Positions 57,185 through 64,000 of a stretch of 64,000 nucleotides of DNA are shown here, one piece after another. A model generated the notes under the pieces. The model ran no database searches and was not told the DNA's origin. It saw only the letters and a program-made list of their open reading frames with translations. How positions within the stretch are numbered: position 1 is the stretch's first letter; each line of letters begins with the position of its first letter. The position numbers were made by a program, and so were the translations under genes. Source of the stretch: a virus (taxonomy: Duplodnaviria > Caudoviricetes); the IMG/VR virus record IMGVR_UViG_3300034071_001431, positions 32,001 to 96,000 of that record. One strand, 5' to 3'.

Positions 57185-57811
57185 TATAATTAACGCTTCG
57201 GTGTTAGCATATAAGTCATCTATAGTACCATCATTGGTAACAGTAACATCAAACTTAGTACCAATCCACGCATACTCACTTGGATGTATGCCTAGCTTTT
57301 CTAACTCGCCTTTACCTAATGCCCAGCCAATACGTTTCATACCAGCATTAACATCTTTAGCAGAATTGTACCATACAGGTTCAGTGCCACGTTTAACACG
57401 TACTGTTTTGCCGCCCATATTCTTAATCATTTTGAGTTCATTTGGAAAGCGGCAATCTGAGATTACAATGTCTTCATTTGTTTTACGTAATTTGTTTTCG
57501 AGACTTGCTATCCATATATCAGTGTGAAATCCATGTCGACATACTTCTGTGCCCCAGTTTTGCAATACCCAACGTGGAGTTAGTTTTGGCATCTTTAAGC
57601 GTTTAGCCCACCATGGGTCTACTTTTTCGCGCCAAGCTCTGCCTTCTGCGCTTCGCCCTTCTAGTAATTCTCTATCCCACCCAAAGACTGTAGCAACTGC
57701 ATCTTTAAGTGTGCCAGCAAAGCTCTCTCGCTTAAAGCCGTGTTCTGCTACTAAGTAATCTGCGATTGTGTCTTTACCTGAACCGATGAAGCCTGTCACT
57801 GATATAATCAT
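57146..57811 (-). CDS. gp1: Deoxynucleoside monophosphate kinase
   Basis: GFIGSGKDT, PRWVLQNWGTE, SDCRFPNE, HPSE. Confidence 0.92.
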   Translation of the reverse strand: MIISVTGFIGSGKDTIADYLVAEHGFKRESFAGTLKDAVATVFGWDRELLEGRSAEGRAWREKVDPWWAKRLKMPKLTPRWVLQNWGTEVCRHGFHTDIWIASLENKLRKTNEDIVISDCRFPNELKMIKNMGGKTVRVKRGTEPVWYNSAKDVNAGMKRIGWALGKGELEKLGIHPSEYAWIGTKFDVTVTNDGTIDDLYANTEALIISEIRNEIALSPA

Positions 57812-57834
57812 ACTATTCCTTTCGTATATAGTAT

Positions 57835-57863
57835 ATTATACTTTTATTTCAGACAGGTGTCAA
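57835..57863 (-). promoter_or_regulatory. Sigma70-type promoter
   Basis: TTGACA-17-TATAAT. Confidence 0.85.
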
Positions 57864-57871
57864 TTATTGAT

Positions 57872-58756
57872 TTAGCCGGTCACCCACGTAAGCGGAGACC
57901 CGCCGTCGGCATAAGTTGATATTTCAGCATCAAGTTTATCTAGCAATGCCTGTCCTTCTGCTTTAAGTGCTGCACCATTTAAACTGCCACCGCCTTGTGG
58001 ACCAGCAATAGTAGCAAATTTCTCACGTGCTTGACCTATACTCATCATCACCAATGCATAAGCATAGTCTTGTATCCACGGATATACCTGCGGATCGTTT
58101 AACAACATATTATCAGGTTTAACATTGTATACCCATAACGCAACACTTTCTACCGCAGTAGAGTTTGGTCCTTGCCAAGGTTGTTTGCGCAATACTGTTA
58201 ATTTTTTAGTTGCTTTGTTGAACGTAAAGTTCATGTAGCCACCAAACATAGTCATTGCTAGCTCTTGGTATTGTGTAAACAATTCGTAGTTAGCAAGTCC
58301 ACCTACTCGTCCTGCCACTAACATATAAGTGTTTAAATATCCACTTGCAAATGGTTCAAATTGGCTGGCTGTTGTGCCTGTTACACTACCGATACCACGA
58401 CGAAATATTTTTCTAACATCCATAATCTCACGTGGTAATATGTATTCTTGTGTTTCTGGTTGTAAATCTAAGAACGCATAGCTTTCTTCTACTGCGTTTG
58501 AACTGCGTTGACGATAACGTACAAATGCTTGTTTAATGCCCATGTCGTAATGTTCTTTGTCTGCTTCGACATCAACAATCTGATCACCCAAACGTAAACG
58601 AATATAATCAACAATGTCATTACGTTGCTGTGCTTCTGGTAGCAATAGTGATGCATCAAATGCAATATGCCCAGCACCTGTACCAGTAACTGGATTATAT
58701 AAACTGTCTGTAGTTAGACTAAGGTTGGGTGTTAACCCTGTAGTTGCTGTTGCCAT
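57872..58756 (-). CDS. gp13: Neck protein (T4 gp13-like)
   Basis: YIRLRLG...VDVE, WIQDYA, KF....GPQGG.SLNG. Confidence 0.8.
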   Translation of the reverse strand: MATATTGLTPNLSLTTDSLYNPVTGTGAGHIAFDASLLLPEAQQRNDIVDYIRLRLGDQIVDVEADKEHYDMGIKQAFVRYRQRSSNAVEESYAFLDLQPETQEYILPREIMDVRKIFRRGIGSVTGTTASQFEPFASGYLNTYMLVAGRVGGLANYELFTQYQELAMTMFGGYMNFTFNKATKKLTVLRKQPWQGPNSTAVESVALWVYNVKPDNMLLNDPQVYPWIQDYAYALVMMSIGQAREKFATIAGPQGGGSLNGAALKAEGQALLDKLDAEISTYADGGSPLTWVTG

Positions 58757-58820
58757 ATGAAATCGTCCTGTTTCGTATATTTAGCACTTACAGGACGACT
58801 TTGGTTTGATAATTGTAAAT

Positions 58821-59999
58821 TTAAGCAACCTTTAATAATACCTGATTAGCGTTTATTCTACCATTTGCTTTAATTTCAACTGCTTTGATATCTTTAATAA
58901 ATGTGCGCAACGCTACTTTATTCGCAGATAAAAATTCTTTGAGCTGTATATCTGGTTTTCTTAATGTTTTGCCTGTTGATTTACTTTCATCATACCCGAT
59001 GATTGATGTTCCTTTAACTCCTAATGCGCCGCCTTGATCTTCGGCAATATATACATATAATTTGCGTGTTTTTGTATCATATACCCAGAGAGTTTGAGCC
59101 CCGACTATGTCAACTGGATTAACAGATACTAAGCGTAAAGTCTTTTCTTCTTTAAGATATTTTAGTTTAGCAACTAACTTCTCTTTAGCAGGTGGCTTAC
59201 GTACTGTTACTTTCTTAGTTGCTTTCTTAACTTGACCGTAGCTAGTTAAGTCTGCAATTAGTTTTGTGTAAAATGCATCAAAGCGTTTATAGTCTGCCGC
59301 TTTGTAATGCGCATAGCCTTCATTCAGTTGCTCATCTTTACCAGCACGTGCTTCGTTCATTTCGTCTTGATGTTTTTCAAATACTGCCGCAATTCTACTT
59401 AACATACCTTGTGGGACGTTTTTACCTGTTAAGTAATCGTATGCTTTTGGGTCTACTGTTTTGCCTTCAATAAGTGCATCTTCAAGTTCTTCAAAGTGCA
59501 AGATGTGTGTTTTAAGTATTTCGTTAAGTCGATCTTGAATTGTTACTTTAACTACAACTGGTGCTGTTGGGTCAACAACTTCTACTTCATCAACTAAGTT
59601 ATCAACTACTTTCTTAATCGAACTAACTAGATATGCAACGTGTTTTTCATGCAGTGGCATGCCCTGTTTATGTGCTTTAGCTAATGCGCAAGGTGTAAGT
59701 GGTAGTAAGCTATCAGATGCTTTAGCAAATTTATCAATGGTAGCTTTATCAAATTTATGTGCTACATCAGCTTGCTGACGTGCCCATTCAACTAAGTACT
59801 TCTTAAGTTCTTTGGTTGTGTAGAAATAATTGTAATAACGTAAACTAATACGCATGTGATGGTCAAATTCTTCATCTGTAAACTCTAACGCACGTACCGG
59901 ATCCCATACTGGCTCCGAACCAACACTCTTCTCATCTGCGAAGATTGGGTCACGTGTTACTTTAGCTTTTTTCTTCATACCATCAATTTTAATAGCCAT
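58821..59999 (-). CDS. Conserved hypothetical early protein
   Basis: AAGGAAG RBS; promoter 60032-60060. Confidence 0.75.
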   Translation of the reverse strand: MAIKIDGMKKKAKVTRDPIFADEKSVGSEPVWDPVRALEFTDEEFDHHMRISLRYYNYFYTTKELKKYLVEWARQQADVAHKFDKATIDKFAKASDSLLPLTPCALAKAHKQGMPLHEKHVAYLVSSIKKVVDNLVDEVEVVDPTAPVVVKVTIQDRLNEILKTHILHFEELEDALIEGKTVDPKAYDYLTGKNVPQGMLSRIAAVFEKHQDEMNEARAGKDEQLNEGYAHYKAADYKRFDAFYTKLIADLTSYGQVKKATKKVTVRKPPAKEKLVAKLKYLKEEKTLRLVSVNPVDIVGAQTLWVYDTKTRKLYVYIAEDQGGALGVKGTSIIGYDESKSTGKTLRKPDIQLKEFLSANKVALRTFIKDIKAVEIKANGRINANQVLLKVA

Positions 60000-60031
60000 T
60001 TGTTCTTCCTTGTTAACAGTTTATATATAGC

Positions 60032-60060
60032 ATTATACAGCCATTTTCTTCATTTGTCAA
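60032..60060 (-). promoter_or_regulatory. Sigma70-type promoter
   Basis: TTGACA-17-TATAAT. Confidence 0.85.
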
Positions 60061-60062
60061 GC

Positions 60063-60329
60063 TCAACCTGCCAATAATACTGCAAAAGTTAAGTTGCGTT
60101 CATAATCGGCAATATATTCATTTATCTTATCTAAAAGTTCTTTATGTTTTCTTGTTTGCTTTTGTTGCCGTCTGCACTCTATCTCTTCAATACTTAGTGC
60201 TTTAATCATGCCGCCTATATTATCACTCATTTGGCGTAGCTCGCCGCCAAACTTCTTAATTTTGTGTACAGGTGCTTCCAACGCAGTCTGCATAGCGGGC
60301 CAATCCAAACTTGTTTGTAATTCACTCAT
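60063..60329 (-). CDS. Hypothetical protein
   Basis: ATG 6 nt after TATACT of a TTGACA-17-TATACT promoter. Confidence 0.65.
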   Translation of the reverse strand: MSELQTSLDWPAMQTALEAPVHKIKKFGGELRQMSDNIGGMIKALSIEEIECRRQQKQTRKHKELLDKINEYIADYERNLTFAVLLAG

Positions 60330-60398
60330 AAGGCTAGTATAACATCTATTTGTTGCTATGTCAATCTAAGCTAAATATTAGATATACAGGACTACGCA

Positions 60399-61010
60399 AT
60401 GCCAAGTGAGTTTTTAATTAACAAATATAGCAAATGGTATTTTAATATCATAGAATCTGCACGTGTGCAAGAAACAGCAGAGTATACAGAAAAACATCAT
60501 ATTATTCCTAAATCACTTGGCGGTAGTAATACAAAAGATAATTTAGTTAAACTTACAGCACGGCAACATTTTATTTGTCATTGGTTACTTACTAAAATGG
60601 TAATTACTACTAAACACCAATATCAAATGTGGAATGCATTTAGCTGTATGCTGTATCGCGCACGACCAGGGCAACAACGACATAAAATATCCAGTCATAT
60701 TTTTGCAATTATTAAATCCGAAGGTTCAAAAATTAAAAGTTTAACTTTTTCAGGTGAAAATAATCCTATGTACGGAATGAAAGGAATATTAAATCCAAAT
60801 TTTGGAAAAAAACAATCACCAGAACATATAGAAAAATTACGCCAATCTAGAATAGGTAAAATACGTACCGATGATGCTAAGAGAAAACAAGGTGACACAA
60901 CTCGCGGTCGTAAACAATCACCAGAACATATAGCCAACAGGGTTGCTAAACAAATAGCAACGGTAAAAGCAAATAAATTAGCTAAACTATTAGCCACCGG
61001 AGTAATATAA
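60399..61010 (+). mobile_element. HNH homing endonuclease with NUMOD3 repeats
   Basis: EKHHIIPKSLGGSNTKDNLVKLTARQHFICH; NPMYG, KQSPEHI twice. Confidence 0.88.
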
Positions 61011-62551
61011 TGCCTCGTCTTTCGATGTACCGCCCTAATAAGGGTAATGATTATAAATTCTTCGACCGTCGAATCAGTGAGATGTTTACTGTTGGCGGCG
61101 TTGATATTAATATTCATAAGTATCTCGGTCCTCTTGAGCAAGGTACAAGTATCACTACATCCGCGGCGCAAACTGCACCAGGAACAGAATTAGTATTTGC
61201 AAACACATCAGCAATAACAAGAGGTATGTTTGTTGCTGGTACTAATATTCCAGCTAATACTACTGTTATTGCAAAAACAAGCACAACCGTTACGCTATCG
61301 GCAAGCACTACTGCTATTGTTGGGTCAGGGGCCACTGTTTCTGTCTATACTGATGCAACACAGCCGAGTTATGCTAACGAAAGTGTGAAAAATATACAAG
61401 ACCTATTATTCCTAGAGAATAGAGATCGTAAGTATGATACTAGTGTTTATACTTTACGCAGTGTGTATCGTATGAATGACAACGATTTTGATTTAAGTCA
61501 GTTTGGGTTGTTCTTAACTGGTGATACTATGTTTATGGTTTTTCACTTAAACGACATGGTCGAGAACTTAGGTCGTAAGATTATGGTAGGCGATGTAATG
61601 GAACTACCACACTTAAAAGACTTTTATCCGTTAGACGATGATTTACCCAGTGCGCTAAAACGTTATTACGTTGTGCAAGATGCTACACGTGCGGCAGAAG
61701 GATTTAGTCAGACTTGGTATCCACACCTGTGGCGAGTTAAAGTTGCTCCATTGGTAGATAGTCAAGAATATAAAGACATTACACAAAATATCAGTAGTGG
61801 TGATGCTAACAATACGCCAATCGGTGATTTGTTAAGTACTTACAACAAATACACCGCAGTTAACGATGCTATTATTGCACGTGCTGAAGCCGAAGTTCCG
61901 ATGAGTGGATACGATACTAGTACCATTTATACATTACCTGTAGATACAAACAATTTACCAAATGTAGCAGTTACTTCTACTGCTAAGGTCGAAGGATACT
62001 TAACAAGCACAGGATTGCCGCCAAATGGATTACCAGTTAGTGCAGGTATTGCATTTCCTGCGGCGCCGACAGTCGGTGATTACTATTTACGTTTAGACTA
62101 TGTTCCAAATAGATTGTTCCGCTACGATGCTAAACGTTGGATTAAAATTGAGGATGCAGTGCGTACAAACTTAACTCCTGGAATAGATAATACCACTCAA
62201 CGTAGTGGGTTTGTTAATAATATAAACGCTACATATAGTGGTAGTTTAGGCTGGGACGCAATACGTGTTGCTACTCCTTATACTCCGGCTGCTAATGTAA
62301 CTACAATATCATTTAATATGTCAACTAAGACAGTTGTAACGAAAATTGCGTATGTTAGCACACATGGCGTAAAAACTACACTAAATGGCACACATATTAC
62401 CAATACAGTAGCAAATACTGCCGGAAATGTGTCATTTACGCTCACAAATACACTATCTAGTAACGACATGTTAGAATACACGGTTTACAGTAAAGTAACA
62501 CCGGAACGTCAGGGTTTATCTGACATACTTTCACCTTTGGCGGATAATTAA
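61010..62551 (+). CDS. Head closure/neck protein (gp14-like) with insertions
   Basis: DLLFLENRDRKY, LSQFGLF, VGDVMELP; precedes the gp15-like gene. Confidence 0.6.
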   Translation: MPRLSMYRPNKGNDYKFFDRRISEMFTVGGVDINIHKYLGPLEQGTSITTSAAQTAPGTELVFANTSAITRGMFVAGTNIPANTTVIAKTSTTVTLSASTTAIVGSGATVSVYTDATQPSYANESVKNIQDLLFLENRDRKYDTSVYTLRSVYRMNDNDFDLSQFGLFLTGDTMFMVFHLNDMVENLGRKIMVGDVMELPHLKDFYPLDDDLPSALKRYYVVQDATRAAEGFSQTWYPHLWRVKVAPLVDSQEYKDITQNISSGDANNTPIGDLLSTYNKYTAVNDAIIARAEAEVPMSGYDTSTIYTLPVDTNNLPNVAVTSTAKVEGYLTSTGLPPNGLPVSAGIAFPAAPTVGDYYLRLDYVPNRLFRYDAKRWIKIEDAVRTNLTPGIDNTTQRSGFVNNINATYSGSLGWDAIRVATPYTPAANVTTISFNMSTKTVVTKIAYVSTHGVKTTLNGTHITNTVANTAGNVSFTLTNTLSSNDMLEYTVYSKVTPERQGLSDILSPLADN

Positions 62552-63951
62552 TGAGCAGTCAATTCTTTTACGATGCACAAATCGAACGTTTTGTAATACA
62601 ATTCATTAGAATAATGAGTGGGTACGAAGTTGAGTTCGGGCAAGATCGCACAGGCAACAAAACTCTACAACGTGTGCCAATTTACTATGCAGATAGTAGT
62701 AAACAGGTTGCAGCTATTTTAGCAAATAATAGTGAGAACACTATGCAAACTGTTCCAGCAATGGCTACATACATTAGTGGGCTAACATACGATAGAGATC
62801 GTATGCAAAATCCAACGTATGTTAATAAATTGAATATACGTCAACGTAAATATGATGCCGATACAGATACTTACGAGCAAACACAAGGTAATGCATTTAC
62901 AGTTGAGCGCATAATGCCTGTTCCTTATACATTAGAATTGAAGTTAGATATATGGACTAGCAACACAAAACAAAAATTACAATTAGTTGAACAGATATTA
63001 CCATTGTTTAACCCAGGATTAGAAATACAAAGTACCGATAATTATATTGACTGGACAAGTTTAAGTGTCGTTTATTTAGATAGTCCAAACTGGTCTAGCC
63101 GATCAATACCAGTTGGTACAGAAAACCCAATTGATGTTGCTACGTTAACATTTAAAATGCCAATTTGGATTAGTCCGCCGGCTAAAGTTAAGAAGCTCGG
63201 GGTTATCCAAAAAATTATTGCAAGCATACATGATGCGCAAGGTGATTTGAATTCTGCCGCTTATACTGAAGCCAATTTAATGGGCACACGTATGTATTAT
63301 ACTCCTATGGATTATGGTGTATTACTAATTGGCAATACTCTTACATTGCTTAAAATACAAGATATAGAAACATTAAGAGAGCCTACATTAACTACACCAA
63401 CTAAAATTGGTACCCGTGATAATTGGCACAATTTAGTTAATGTGTACGGTGCGTTAGTTGATGGCATTAGTCAGATTAGATTAATGTCGAACGACGAAGT
63501 TACTGAGATTGTTGGTACAGTTAGCTACCACCCAACTGATGATAGTATGTTAATATTCAATGCAGATATTGATACATATCCTGCAAATACATTAGATCCA
63601 ATTGATGCTATTATTGACCCACGTAAGAATACTGCTGTAGCATTAGCACAAGGTGCAGTTAACGGTACACGTTATCTTATATTAAATGCAATCGGTAGCA
63701 GTGCAAATAGTGCGCTAGATGGCCCGGGTGCGTGGCGCGGTTCAGATAATGCAGATTTAATAGCAGGTGCAAACGATATTATCGAATTTAATGGCACACA
63801 TTGGACTATAGTGTTTGACAGTTCAGCAGCAACTGTGTTACAATATGTAAGTAATCTCAATACTGGAACGCAATACAAATGGAATCTCAATCAGTGGGTG
63901 AAAAGCTTCGAGGGCGAGTACAAAAACGGTCTGTGGACTCTAGTGCTATAG
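62551..63951 (+). CDS. gp15: Tail sheath stabiliser/terminator (gp15-like)
   Basis: FFYD.QI, VPIYY, PVPYTL, EQILPLFNP. Confidence 0.8.
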   Translation: MSSQFFYDAQIERFVIQFIRIMSGYEVEFGQDRTGNKTLQRVPIYYADSSKQVAAILANNSENTMQTVPAMATYISGLTYDRDRMQNPTYVNKLNIRQRKYDADTDTYEQTQGNAFTVERIMPVPYTLELKLDIWTSNTKQKLQLVEQILPLFNPGLEIQSTDNYIDWTSLSVVYLDSPNWSSRSIPVGTENPIDVATLTFKMPIWISPPAKVKKLGVIQKIIASIHDAQGDLNSAAYTEANLMGTRMYYTPMDYGVLLIGNTLTLLKIQDIETLREPTLTTPTKIGTRDNWHNLVNVYGALVDGISQIRLMSNDEVTEIVGTVSYHPTDDSMLIFNADIDTYPANTLDPIDAIIDPRKNTAVALAQGAVNGTRYLILNAIGSSANSALDGPGAWRGSDNADLIAGANDIIEFNGTHWTIVFDSSAATVLQYVSNLNTGTQYKWNLNQWVKSFEGEYKNGLWTLVL

Positions 63952-64000
63952 AAGGGGTTGGCACGTTCATTTATTGTGTAACTACACATCGATATCTTTT
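63933..64000 (+). CDS. Start of a further ORF, truncated by the window end
   Basis: GTG start overlapping the gp15-like gene end; open to the window edge. Confidence 0.4.
   Translation, partial: MDSSAIEGVGTFIYCVTTHRYL

Noticed and set aside
60399-61010. Group I intron around the HNH gene
   Set aside because: The ORF is free-standing between a late promoter motif and an intact gene start; no interrupted exon or intron core seen.

Overview
64 kb segment of an AT-rich, T4-superfamily-like large myovirus, probably a jumbo phage of a Gram-negative (likely proteobacterial) host, using the standard genetic code and coded mostly on the minus strand. It carries core genes (UvsW, UvsX, UvsY, gp32 SSB, large terminase, head completion, tail tube and sheath, neck proteins, dNMP kinase). 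Accessory genes include a molybdopterin oxidoreductase, four membrane fatty-acid desaturases, an amidinotransferase operon with an aminoacyl-tRNA-transferase-like gene, sugar/polysaccharide enzymes, a porin, FeoA and an RNA polymerase omega subunit. I read 27 tRNA genes by eye; together they cover all 20 amino acids, and 25 lie in one 5.3 kb array interspersed with unexplained structured RNAs. The main finding is at the head of that array: a promoter, then a 41-codon leader ORF containing all 20 amino acids, then mutually exclusive antiterminator/terminator helices. This is the architecture of a ribosome-sensing attenuator that would increase read-through into the tRNA locus when any tRNA becomes limiting. 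All calls are by manual motif reading; no database searches or folding programs were run.
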